DNA of 64,000 nt from an uncultured Actinomycetota bacterium (lineage in GTDB: Bacteria; Actinomycetota; Actinomycetes; Mycobacteriales; CADCTP01): NCBI GenBank assembly GCA_963849885.1, contig CAWKIV010000002.1:71993-135992 (forward strand), written 5' to 3'. Below are positions 9,235-17,369 of the stretch, one piece after another. The notes below the pieces were generated by a model, which saw only the letters and a program-made list of their open reading frames with translations, made no database searches and was not told the DNA's origin. Numbering within the stretch: the first letter of the stretch is position 1; each line of letters begins with the position of its first letter. Both the position numbers and the translations under genes were made by a program.

Positions 9235-10040
9235 TCACCGCAGGGCGATACCCGCCAGGTCGGCCTCCACCACCTCGCGCTCCTCGGCGTCCTGGACTTT
9301 TGCCAGCGCGGAGTGAGCGAGGTCACGTTCCCGGCGGGCCTCGTCGTGGTTGCCGGCGACGGCGTGCGCGCGGGCCAGCCCCTCGTGGGCGGAGGCCAGC
9401 AGCCAGGCCGGGACGTCGTTGGCTCGGGCGATCCCGGCGCACCGCTGGGCGTGGTGCAGCGCCGGCTCGGCCCGGCCCAGCACCGAGTAGACCCGGGCGC
9501 ACTGCCACTCCCCGATGGCCCGCTGCTCCGGCCCGCCGACCTCGCCCCAGTGGTAGCGGGACGCGTGCGCCGCGTGCACCATCCGGTCGTCCTCGTCGGC
9601 GCTCCGGCCGGGCCGCTCCAGCAGCTCCCAGACCAGGTTGAACAGGTCCGCGGCGAGCTGCCGCCGCTGCTCGGCGGGCAGCTGCGGTCGCGTGCGGTGT
9701 CGGTCATGTCGTCCCCCTCCAGCAGGTGGGTCAGGCCGTGCAGGATGCGCTGGTCCCGGGTCACCCGGGCCTGCACGTCCCGCCGGTACGCGGTCAGCCG
9801 GGCCCGCCCGCCGTCCGGCGCCGCCAGCACGGCCCGGATCTCGGCCAGCGGCAGGTCCAGCGAGCGCAGCCGGTGGATGCGGCGGGCCCGGTCCAGCTGG
9901 GCCGGGGCGTACCGGCGGTGCCGGGTGACCGGGTCCACCGCGGCCGGCGGCAGCAGGCCGATCTCGTCGTAGTGCCGCAGCGCCTTGACGGTCAGCCCGG
10001 ACAGCCGGGCGAACCGCCCGATCGCGAGGCTCTCGTCCAC
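9235..10040 (-). pseudogene. MerR-family regulator joined to a conserved helical C-terminal domain, frames offset by -1 as assembled
   Basis: The MerR HTH (IGRFARLSGLTVKALRHYDEIGLLPP) runs from 10040 to about 9700. After that point the track ORF 9213..10040 becomes Arg/Pro/Trp/Cys junk. The conserved domain LPAEQRRQLAADLFNLVWELLERP...HAAHASRYHWGEVG...EWQCARVYSVLGR (track ORF 9235..9582) continues in another frame, with no start codon of its own upstream of 9582. Confidence 0.6.
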
Positions 10041-10074
10041 GCCCGGACCGTACGACCTCCCGCAGGGGGAGGTG

Positions 10075-10497
10075 CTAGACCTCGAGGATGACGGTGACCG
10101 GGCCGTCGTTGACCAGGGCGACCTGCATCAGCGCGCCGAAGACGCCGGTCGCCACGGTCGCGCCGCGCTCCCGCAGGGCGGCGACCACGGCGTCGACCAG
10201 CGGCTCGGCGACCGGCCCGGGCGCGGCCGCCGACCAGCTCGGCCGGCGGCCCTTGCGGGTGTCCGCGTAGAGCGTGAACTGGCTGACCACCAGCAGCGGC
10301 GCGCCCACCTCGGCCGCGGACCGCTCGCCGGCCAGGATGCGCAGCTCGTGCACCTTGCGGGCGAGCGCGGCGGCGGTGCCGGCGTCGTCGGTGTGGGTGA
10401 CCCCGACCAGCACCAGCAGCCCGGCGCCGATCTCGCCGGTGACCCGGCCGTCGACGGTCACGCTGGCCGAGGACACCCGCTGCACCACCGCCCGCAC
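10075..10497 (-). CDS. dtd: D-aminoacyl-tRNA deacylase
   Basis: GTG 10497 inside track ORF 10075..10725 gives (M)[16 protein letters not shown]...[16 protein letters not shown]...[11 protein letters not shown], a full-length canonical Dtd of 140 aa. Confidence 0.95.
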   Translation of the reverse strand: MRAVVQRVSSASVTVDGRVTGEIGAGLLVLVGVTHTDDAGTAAALARKVHELRILAGERSAAEVGAPLLVVSQFTLYADTRKGRRPSWSAAAPGPVAEPLVDAVVAALRERGATVATGVFGALMQVALVNDGPVTVILEV

Positions 10498-10508
10498 GGG
10501 CGGGCACG

Positions 10509-10910
10509 TTACGGGATGGCGGGGGAGGGGCCGGGCACGGTGGGCAGCCCGGCCGCCCGCCAGGCCCGGAAGCCGCCGACCAGGTCGGTGGCCCGGTGCA
10601 CGCCGAGCCGGCGCAGCGCGTACGCGGCCAGGCTGGAGGTGAAGCCGTCGTTGCAGAGCACCACGACCTGCGCCTCCGCCCCGGCCTGCGGCACCCGCCA
10701 GGCGCTGGTCGGCGCGAACCGCCACTCCAGCACGTTGCGCTCCACCACCAGCGCGCCGGGCACCTCGCCCTCGGCGGCCCGGAACGCCGCCGGCCGGATG
10801 TCGACCAGCACCGCCCCGGCCCGGGCCGCCCGGGCCGCCTCGCCCGGGTCCAGCCGGCGCAGCCCGGACCGGGCCTCGGCGATCAGGTCCTCCACGGTCA
10901 GCGGCATCAT
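10509..10910 (-). CDS. Single-domain rhodanese-like sulfurtransferase
   Basis: Track ORF 10509..10910. The rhodanese fold is recognisable, with the active-site loop LCNDGFTSS and the terminal [12 protein letters not shown]. Confidence 0.85.
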   Translation of the reverse strand: MMPLTVEDLIAEARSGLRRLDPGEAARAARAGAVLVDIRPAAFRAAEGEVPGALVVERNVLEWRFAPTSAWRVPQAGAEAQVVVLCNDGFTSSLAAYALRRLGVHRATDLVGGFRAWRAAGLPTVPGPSPAIP

Positions 10911-10920
10911 CCGGACCCGC

Positions 10921-11418
10921 TCAGCCCGGCTCGGGCAGGTCGACGTCGGTGCCGAGCGGGAGCAGCGGCGGCGAGTAGGCGTGCACGCTGGTCGCGTCCT
11001 CCAGGCTGTCGTTGGCCACCCGGTGCACCCGCTCCGGGCCGAAGGCCGAGCCGAGGCCGGGCGACCGGGCGGCGCGCCGGCTGCGCACCGGCCCGTCCCG
11101 CCAGGTCTCGGTCAGCTCGCCGTCCAGCACGGTGTACGCGCCGGCCGCGCCGCCGTGGTGGTGCGGCCGGGTCGCCTGCCCGGGCGACCAGGTCAGCAGC
11201 CAGACCTCGACCTGCTCGGTGAGGGCGAGCCGGAGGTACCAGCGCTCGGCGGGGTCGTGCACCGCCTCGAAGCGGAGCGCGTCCTGCGCGCCGTCGGCGA
11301 GCAGCTGGGTGAGCCGGGCCAGGTCGGCCAGCGTCCACTCGGGACGGTCGGCGAGCAGCGAGCGGAACGGTCGGACGGCCGGGTGGACGTGCGGCAGCGC
11401 GAGAATGGTCGCGGTCAT
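10921..11418 (-). CDS. Cysteine dioxygenase type I family cupin
   Basis: Track ORF 10921..11418. The cupin metal site is in ...WSPGQATRPHHHGGAAGAYTVLDGELTE...VHRV. Its operon position upstream of a rhodanese is common for actinobacterial CDO. Confidence 0.8.
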   Translation of the reverse strand: MTATILALPHVHPAVRPFRSLLADRPEWTLADLARLTQLLADGAQDALRFEAVHDPAERWYLRLALTEQVEVWLLTWSPGQATRPHHHGGAAGAYTVLDGELTETWRDGPVRSRRAARSPGLGSAFGPERVHRVANDSLEDATSVHAYSPPLLPLGTDVDLPEPG

Positions 11419-11567
11419 GCGGAAGCTCCGGAAGGGTGAGCCCGGGCGGTCGCGCCCGGGTGTGGGAGGTGGGCCGGGAGGGCGCGCTGGCGCGCGTCAG
11501 CCGGCCGGACAGGCGTCGGCCACGACCCGGAGCAGGTCGACGGCGCGGTCCCGCCACAGACCCGGGC

Positions 11568-12053
11568 TCATCGCGGGCCCGGGGTGGCGACGTGGGCGTG
11601 CACGCTGATCGCGGGCAGCACGCCCAGGTTTTGCAGGGTGTGCAGGCGGCCGGGGCCGGCCGCGGCGCCGCGGCCCGGGCGGCGGCGGGCCCGCCGGGTG
11701 CCGACCCGGCCGTGCGGCCAGGTCTCGGTCAGCTCCCCGTCGAGCACGGTGTAGGCCGAGGCGGTGCCGTGCTCGTGCCAGCTGCTGGACCGGCCGGGCG
11801 GCCAGGTCACCAGCCACAGCTCGACCTGGCCGGAGTGGGCCAGCCGCAGCCGCCAGCGGACGGCCGGGTCGAAGCGGGCGGTGCGGTGCAGCTCGGCGCC
11901 GGCCCGGGTGGCGAAGGCGCGGGTGAGCCGCTGCAGGTCGGCGGGCGACCAGTGCGGGCGCGGGGCCAGCACGCCGGCCAGCGGGCAGACGGCGGCGACC
12001 GCGGGATGCGCGTACGGCCCGCCGAGGTCCTGCCACAGTCCTGTCGCCGACAC
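11568..12053 (-). CDS. Cysteine dioxygenase type I family cupin (tandem paralog)
   Basis: Track ORF 11568..12053. It has the same architecture and motifs as 10921..11418 (WPPGRSSSWHEHGTASAYTVLDGELTETW). Confidence 0.75.
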   Translation of the reverse strand: MSATGLWQDLGGPYAHPAVAAVCPLAGVLAPRPHWSPADLQRLTRAFATRAGAELHRTARFDPAVRWRLRLAHSGQVELWLVTWPPGRSSSWHEHGTASAYTVLDGELTETWPHGRVGTRRARRRPGRGAAAGPGRLHTLQNLGVLPAISVHAHVATPGPR

Positions 12054-12071
12054 GCTGCTTACTCTATCGGC

Positions 12072-13490
12072 TTAGTAGGGAATGAGGAACCCCTCGTCGG
12101 CCAGCCCGGTCGCGATGGTGCCGACCTCGGCCGGCTCGACGCCGAACGCGAGCCCCAGCACCGCGGCCAGCTCACCCAGCGGGCGGTCGCCGTCGCAGCC
12201 GGCGACCAGCGCCGCCACCACCTCGTCCACCTCCGCCGACCGGCGCAGCCCGCCCGGCTGCCGGAGCCGCTGCCCGGTGACCGCCCAGCCCTCCGGGCCG
12301 GGCTCGGCGACCTGCTCCAGCACCAGCCCGGGCGCCCGGCGGAACCGGACCGTGCCCGGGTCGGCGCCGCGCAGCGCGGCCAGCTGGTCGAACCAGGCGC
12401 CGACGTGCGGGCCGGCCGGCTCCTCGACCTGCTGCGGCACGTCCTCGATGCGCACCGCCGGCGTCGCCGCGCCGGACCGGTGCAGGGTGATCAGCCCGAA
12501 GCCGACCGCGTCCACCCGGGCGGCGGCGAACCAGTCCAGCCAGCGGGCGTACCGGTCCTCGTAGCCGGGTGAGCCGCGCTCGCCGGCGTCGGCCAGCCAC
12601 AGCGCCGCGTACTGGGCCGGGTCGGCCACCTCCCGCTGCCACACCCAGGCGTCGCAGCCGGACCCGTCCAGCCAGCCGGCCAGCCGGTCCTCCCAGGGCT
12701 CGCCGGCCACGTGCACCCAGTTGGCCAGCAGCTGGCACCAGCCGCCGTCGGCGAGGTGGGCCGGCGCGGCCCGGACCAGCCGGCGGCAGACCTCGTCGCC
12801 GACCAGCCCGCTGTCCCGGTACGCGAAGCCGCCGTCACCCGGGCCGACGATGAACGGCGGGTTGCAGACCACCAGGTCGAAGCGGCGGCCGGCCACCGGG
12901 TCGAGCAGGTCGCCGGGGAGCAGCTCCCAGTCCAGCCGGTTGAGCCGGGCGGTCAGCCCGGCCAGCCGCAGCGCCCGGGGCAGCACGTCGGTGCCGGTCA
13001 CCGTCCCGGCGTGGGCGGACAGGTGCAGCGCCTGCACGCCGCTGCCGGTGCCGACGTCCAGCGCGGTGCCCACCGGCCGGCGCACGGTCGCCCCGGCGAG
13101 GGTCAGCGAGGCCGGCCCGACCCCGAGCACGTGGTCCGGGCGCACCGGGCCCGGCCGCACGTCGGTGCCGAGGTCGGCGACCACCCACCACCCCTCGTAC
13201 GGGCGGACGTCGACGGCGGCGCGGTAGCCGGCGCCGTCCCGCTCCAGCACGGCGCTGACCGGCAGCGCCGCCGCGACCGCGGCCGCGGGCTCGGTGCGGC
13301 CGAGCAGGAAGAGCCGGATCAGCGTCTCCAGCGGGGTGCCGCCGCGGGTGGCCCGCAGCGCCGGCACCCGCTCGCCGCGGGCCAGCGCGCCGGCCGCCTC
13401 CTCGCCGAGCAGCTCGACGACGGCATCCGCGGTGTAGCCGGCCGCGGCCAGCGCGTCGGCCAGCCGGTCCGCCTCGGCGTCGGTCAGCAC
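12072..13490 (-). CDS. Class I SAM-dependent methyltransferase (N5-glutamine/N6-adenine-type NPPF motif)
   Basis: GTG 13490 (VLTDAEADRLADAL) inside shadow ORF 12072..13877. It carries the SAM motif LDVGTGSGVQAL and the catalytic VCNPPF. The start overlaps the stop of the upstream gene. Confidence 0.8.
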   Translation of the reverse strand: MLTDAEADRLADALAAAGYTADAVVELLGEEAAGALARGERVPALRATRGGTPLETLIRLFLLGRTEPAAAVAAALPVSAVLERDGAGYRAAVDVRPYEGWWVVADLGTDVRPGPVRPDHVLGVGPASLTLAGATVRRPVGTALDVGTGSGVQALHLSAHAGTVTGTDVLPRALRLAGLTARLNRLDWELLPGDLLDPVAGRRFDLVVCNPPFIVGPGDGGFAYRDSGLVGDEVCRRLVRAAPAHLADGGWCQLLANWVHVAGEPWEDRLAGWLDGSGCDAWVWQREVADPAQYAALWLADAGERGSPGYEDRYARWLDWFAAARVDAVGFGLITLHRSGAATPAVRIEDVPQQVEEPAGPHVGAWFDQLAALRGADPGTVRFRRAPGLVLEQVAEPGPEGWAVTGQRLRQPGGLRRSAEVDEVVAALVAGCDGDRPLGELAAVLGLAFGVEPAEVGTIATGLADEGFLIPY

Positions 13491-14371
13491 CCGGGCGTCC
13501 GGCCCGCCGCCCGGGCCGCCAGCACCGCGTCCTCCCAGGCCATCCCGACGGTCTTCACCAGCGACGGCCCCCGGTGCGGGCGCGGCCCGCCGCGGACCAG
13601 CTCGGCCAGCGGCTGCAGCCGCTCCGCCGGCACCCCGGCCAGCACCAGGTCGCCGGCCTCGCGCAGCGCCGTGGCGACGTCCTCGACCACGACGCGGGAG
13701 CGGTGGACGAGGCCGGCGTCGACCTCCCGGGCGGTCGGCTCGTGGCTGCCGACGGCGACCACGCAGGCGTGGTCGGCGACCAGCCGGCCGTCGAAGAGCG
13801 GCTCGCGGGCCGTGGTCGCGCACACCACCAGGTCGGCGCCCTCGACGTCGGCGGCCGAGCCGACCCGGCCGCCGCACCGGTCGGCCAGCGCCGCGGCCCG
13901 GGACCGGTCCCGGCCGACGATCGCCACGTCCGCCACCGGCCGCACCGCCCGCAGCGCGGCCACGTGCCCCTCGCCCTGCGGCCCGGTGCCGAAGACCACC
14001 AGCCGGCGGGCGTCCGGCGCGGCCAGGTGCCGCACGGCCAGCGCGGACACCGCCGGGGTGCGGACCGCGGTCAGCGCGGCGCCGTCGACCAGCGCCGCCG
14101 GCGCCAGCGTCGCGGCGTCGAAGAGCACCAGCACGCCCTGCACCCGCGGCTGCCGGCCGGCCGGCCCCACGGTCACCAGCTTCACCGCGAACCCGCCGGC
14201 CGCGGTGGACGGCATCACCAGCAGCTCGCCGCCGGCACCGGGCACCGCCGTCCGGGGCGGGTCCGCGCCCGGGTCGGCCCCCGCTCGCAGCGCCCGCTCC
14301 AGCGCGTCCACGGCCACCGCCGGCGGCAGCGCGGCGGCCAGCGCCGCCGCGTCGAGGTGGGGGAGGTGCAC
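13484..14371 (-). CDS. Ornithine cyclodeaminase/mu-crystallin family protein
   Basis: Track ORF 13484..14371. A Rossmann loop (VVFGTGPQGEGH) and an overall family-like sequence are visible (...VKLVTV...ALTAVRT...VVAVGSHEP). Confidence 0.8.
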   Translation of the reverse strand: MHLPHLDAAALAAALPPAVAVDALERALRAGADPGADPPRTAVPGAGGELLVMPSTAAGGFAVKLVTVGPAGRQPRVQGVLVLFDAATLAPAALVDGAALTAVRTPAVSALAVRHLAAPDARRLVVFGTGPQGEGHVAALRAVRPVADVAIVGRDRSRAAALADRCGGRVGSAADVEGADLVVCATTAREPLFDGRLVADHACVVAVGSHEPTAREVDAGLVHRSRVVVEDVATALREAGDLVLAGVPAERLQPLAELVRGGPRPHRGPSLVKTVGMAWEDAVLAARAAGRTPGC

Positions 14372-14415
14372 CCCGGCACCGTACGGCGCCGCCGCCGGGG
14401 CACTAGCCTGCGCCC

Positions 14416-14988
14416 ATGGGTCTGATGCTCAGCCAGCAGCCGGAGGCGGACGCCCTGCTCGACCGGGACCCGCTGGCGCTGGTGATCGGGATGGTGCTGG
14501 ACCAGCAGATCCCGCTGGAGAAGGCGTTCTCCAGCCCGTACGTGCTGGCGGAGCGGCTCGGGCACGTGCCGGACGCGGCCGAGATCGCCGGGCTGGACGA
14601 GGACACCCTGGTGGCGGTCTTCGCCAAGCCGCCGGCGCTGCACCGCTTCCCCGGGTCGATGGCCAAGCGGGTGCAGGCGATGTGCCGGGCGGTGGTCGAG
14701 CGGTACGACAACGACGTGACGAAGGTCTGGACCGGGGCGGCCGACGGGAAGGACCTGCTCAAGCGGGTCGCGGCGCTGCCCGGCTTCGGCACCCAGAAGG
14801 CGCAGATCTTCGTGGCCCTGCTCGGCAAGCAGTACGGCGTGGACGTGCCGGGCTGGCGGGAGGCCGCCGGCGACTTCGGCCCGGAGGGCACGTACAAGTC
14901 CGTCGCCGACATCCGCGACCCCGACTCCCTCACCCGCGTCCGCGAGTACAAGAAGCAACTCAAGGCCGCCGCCAAGGCCGACGCCTAG
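14416..14988 (+). CDS. HhH-GPD-type base-excision DNA repair protein
   Basis: Track ORF 14416..14988. The helix-hairpin-helix segment LPGFGTQKAQIFVALL and the conserved LHRFPGSMAKR block are present. Confidence 0.85.
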   Translation: MGLMLSQQPEADALLDRDPLALVIGMVLDQQIPLEKAFSSPYVLAERLGHVPDAAEIAGLDEDTLVAVFAKPPALHRFPGSMAKRVQAMCRAVVERYDNDVTKVWTGAADGKDLLKRVAALPGFGTQKAQIFVALLGKQYGVDVPGWREAAGDFGPEGTYKSVADIRDPDSLTRVREYKKQLKAAAKADA

Positions 14989-15016
14989 AAGCGCAGCTTG
15001 CGCCTACGATCACGGC

Positions 15017-15247
15017 ATGGCGTACGAGCGCATCACCGTCGACCCCGCACAGATGGGCGGGCTGCCGTGCATCCGGGGCCTGCGGGTCACCGTGAGCGCG
15101 GTCGTCGGACAGCTCGCGGCCGGTCGGTCGATCGAGGACATACTGGCGGACTTCCCGTACCTCGAGCGGGAGGACGTGTTGGCGGCCCTGGAGTATGCCG
15201 CCGCCGCGGTGTCGGAGCGTGAGCTGCCGCTGGCACAGCCGGCGTGA
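15017..15247 (+). CDS. DUF433 antitoxin-like protein
   Basis: Track ORF 15017..15247. The sequence ITVDPAQMGGLPCIRGLRVTVSAVV...SIEDILADFPYLEREDVLAALEYA is the DUF433 signature. Confidence 0.8.
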   Translation: MAYERITVDPAQMGGLPCIRGLRVTVSAVVGQLAAGRSIEDILADFPYLEREDVLAALEYAAAAVSERELPLAQPA

Positions 15248-15621
15248 GATTCGTCGTCGACGCCAACCTTTCGCCGCGGGTCGCCGGATACCTGCATGTC
15301 GCCGGGCACGACGCCGTGCACGTCGTGGACGTCGACCTCCAGCACGCCGCCGATTCGACGATCATGGAGTGGGCGCGCGTCAACCGGCGCGTCGTGCTGT
15401 CGAGCGACACCGACTTCGGCGCCCTGCTGGCCAGGCAGGAGGCCCGGGAGCCGTCGTTCCTCCTGCTGCGGCACCTCAACGAACGCAAGCCGGAGGAACA
15501 GGCCGGGCTGGTGCTCGCCAACCTGCCGGCCGTCACCGCCGATCTGATGGCCGGGGCGGTCGTCACGCTGACACCGCGTCATCTCCGGGTCCGGCCGCTT
15601 CCGATCCGGCCCGCGTCCTGA
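15244..15621 (+). CDS. DUF5615 / Mut7-C PIN-like putative toxin
   Basis: Track ORF 15244..15621. It opens with MRFVVDANLSPRV and carries the acidic SSDTDFG motif. A GTGA start/stop overlap links it to the DUF433 gene. Confidence 0.75.
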   Translation: MRFVVDANLSPRVAGYLHVAGHDAVHVVDVDLQHAADSTIMEWARVNRRVVLSSDTDFGALLARQEAREPSFLLLRHLNERKPEEQAGLVLANLPAVTADLMAGAVVTLTPRHLRVRPLPIRPAS

Positions 15622-15764
15622 TCCAGCGCGTCGGCAAGCGGCGGGAATAGCGGCGCCGCAGGTGGGTGAATGGGGGTGCCGGAAGGTGCGGGGCACCTGG
15701 TGCGGTGGGACACTGGGGCGGGCCCGGTGCCTGGCGACGGTGCCGGCATGGGAGGCGCTGCGCT

Positions 15765-16100
15765 GTGAGCTCGACGAGCGGCCGGGACGATGCTGACCCG
15801 GTCCTGATCACCGAGGCCGATCCCAGCCTGGACGACCAGTTGGCCGCCCGCCGCCGCAAGTACGGGATCATGATGGCGACCCGGGCGGTCTGCCTGGTGC
15901 TGGCCGCGGTGTTCTACCGGACCTGGTGGCTGCTGCCGATCTTCATCGCCGGCGCGGTGGTGCTGCCGTGGGCGGCCGTGCTGATCGCGAACGACCGGCC
16001 GCCGAAGAAGGCGCAGAAGGTCAACCGGTACGGCGGGCATCCCGACCCGGGCCGGGCGATCGCGGCGCCGCCGGAGAAGGGGCGGGTCATCGACGGGTGA
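15765..16100 (+). CDS. DUF3099 membrane protein
   Basis: GTG 15765 within track ORF 15666..16100. The product has two TM helices (MMATRAVCLVLAAVFY, WLLPIFIAGAVVLPWAAVLIAND) and a basic tail. This is a conserved neighbour of sigB in actinobacteria. Confidence 0.8.
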   Translation: MSSTSGRDDADPVLITEADPSLDDQLAARRRKYGIMMATRAVCLVLAAVFYRTWWLLPIFIAGAVVLPWAAVLIANDRPPKKAQKVNRYGGHPDPGRAIAAPPEKGRVIDG

Positions 16101-16217
16101 TCCGGGCGGCGAGCAGGCCGCCGCCGTGCGTGCCCGAGTGGCGTTCGGTGTCCGATTCGAGCGGGTTGGGATACCTACGGAGATCGCGGGCGGCACTGTT
16201 TTGGCACACACTGATGC

Positions 16218-16595
16218 ATGCGTGATACAGCGTTATCTAAATCCTCTGACGAAACTCAGCGGGTGCCGCCTTCTCCGAACCCTTCCGTCCAAAGGCGACG
16301 ACTGGCGTTCGGCTCGGTGGTCCGCGCGAAGCGCAAGTCGCTCGGCCTGTCGCAGGAGAAGCTCGCCGAGCGTGCGGGCTGCGACCGACAGTCGATCAAC
16401 CGCGTCGAGAACGCGGCGTACTCGCCGTCCCTCGACCGGGTGTTCAAGCTCGCCGACGCCCTCGGCATGAGCCTGTCGGACCTCTTCGACGAGTTCGACC
16501 GCGTGGACTCTCCGGCCGTCGCCTCGAACGGCTCCGACCGCCGTGACAATCCACGGTCCGGTCAGTCGCCGGGAGAGCGAGCGGCGGCCAGTTGA
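16218..16595 (+). CDS. XRE-family helix-turn-helix regulator
   Basis: Track ORF 16218..16595. The HTH_3 core is RAKRKSLGLSQEKLAERAGCDRQSINRVENAAYSPSLDRVFKLADALG. The 5' end sits in a locally AT-richer stretch. Confidence 0.8.
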   Translation: MRDTALSKSSDETQRVPPSPNPSVQRRRLAFGSVVRAKRKSLGLSQEKLAERAGCDRQSINRVENAAYSPSLDRVFKLADALGMSLSDLFDEFDRVDSPAVASNGSDRRDNPRSGQSPGERAAAS

Positions 16596-16649
16596 CCAGA
16601 CGCTGAGACCGCCGCCCGAGTCCTGACGTCGTCCTGACGTCCCAGTCGG

Positions 16650-17078
16650 TCACGCATCCGCGCGCAGGGCCTCGGCCGCGCGGGCTGCCTCGCGCAGCAC
16701 GCCGGCCAGGTCCCGCTCGTCCGTGCCCCGGGCCGACTCGAGGATCCGGCCGATCGTCGTCCAGTCGTCCAGCACGCTGGCCAGGTGCCGGGCGACGTGC
16801 GCCGGCATGCGCAGCACCACGGCCGGCACCCGGACCGCTTCCTCGGGATCCCAGACGTGCGCGCCGTCGACCTCGACGTCCACCACGTCCTCGACCCGCC
16901 ACCGGCGTGGTGGACCTCCGGGCATGGGAAGCGGGACGACGTTGCTCGGGCGGATGTGCTCGACGGTCACGCTGAGCGAGCATGCCGCTGCGGGGCGCAT
17001 TCTGTCCAGTGCCTGTTCGAGTGCTGTCCACTTTCCCACCCGGCCGGGTGCCGATCTGCCGGGTCGGGGTGGGAGCAT
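16650..17078 (-). CDS. Hypothetical protein
   Basis: ATG 17078 within track ORF 16650..17189. The C-terminal half looks plausibly globular (VWDPEEAVRVPAVVLRMPAHVARHLASVLDDWTTIGRILE). I recognise no family. It is convergent with the XRE gene. Confidence 0.45.
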   Translation of the reverse strand: MLPPRPGRSAPGRVGKWTALEQALDRMRPAAACSLSVTVEHIRPSNVVPLPMPGGPPRRWRVEDVVDVEVDGAHVWDPEEAVRVPAVVLRMPAHVARHLASVLDDWTTIGRILESARGTDERDLAGVLREAARAAEALRADA

Positions 17079-17084
17079 CGACAG

Positions 17085-17363
17085 GTGACGACGACCCCTG
17101 AGCCCGGCCCCGGCACCGCGGTCGAGGAGCGCACCGACGCCACCCCGGACCTGCGCCCGGAGCCGGGCGACTCCGAGCGCTTCTCGCACTACGTGCCGCG
17201 GGACAAGCTGATGGAGGCGATGGTCAACGGCACCCCGGTGCGGGCGCTGTGCGGGAAGATCTGGACACCGTCCCGGGACCCGAAGAAGTATCCGGTCTGC
17301 CCGGAGTGCAAGGAGCTGTACGAGCGGCTCCCGCCGGGCGAGGACCGCGACCCGGACCGCTGA
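17085..17363 (+). CDS. DUF3039 protein
   Basis: GTG 17085 inside shadow ORF 16785..17363. The C-terminus FSHYVPRDKLMEAMVNGTPVRALCGKIWTPSRDPKKYPVCPECKELYE is the conserved DUF3039 block. Confidence 0.85.
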   Translation: MTTTPEPGPGTAVEERTDATPDLRPEPGDSERFSHYVPRDKLMEAMVNGTPVRALCGKIWTPSRDPKKYPVCPECKELYERLPPGEDRDPDR

Positions 17364-17369
17364 GGCGGC

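Noticed and set aside
9213-9700. Accepting track ORF 9213..10040 as an intact 275-aa MerR regulator.
   Set aside because: Its last 160 residues or so are Cys/Trp/Arg/Pro-rich with low GC3, while a conserved domain is encoded in another frame over the same DNA.
14989-15016. Small hairpin gcgca-gct-tgcgc after the HhH-GPD gene, considered as a terminator.
   Set aside because: The 5-bp stem with a 3-nt loop is too weak to support a call.
16650-17189. Full 179-aa version of the orphan gene starting at 17189.
   Set aside because: The first 37 codons would overlap the DUF3039 gene start region and look non-native, so ATG 17078 is preferred. The gene call itself remains low confidence.
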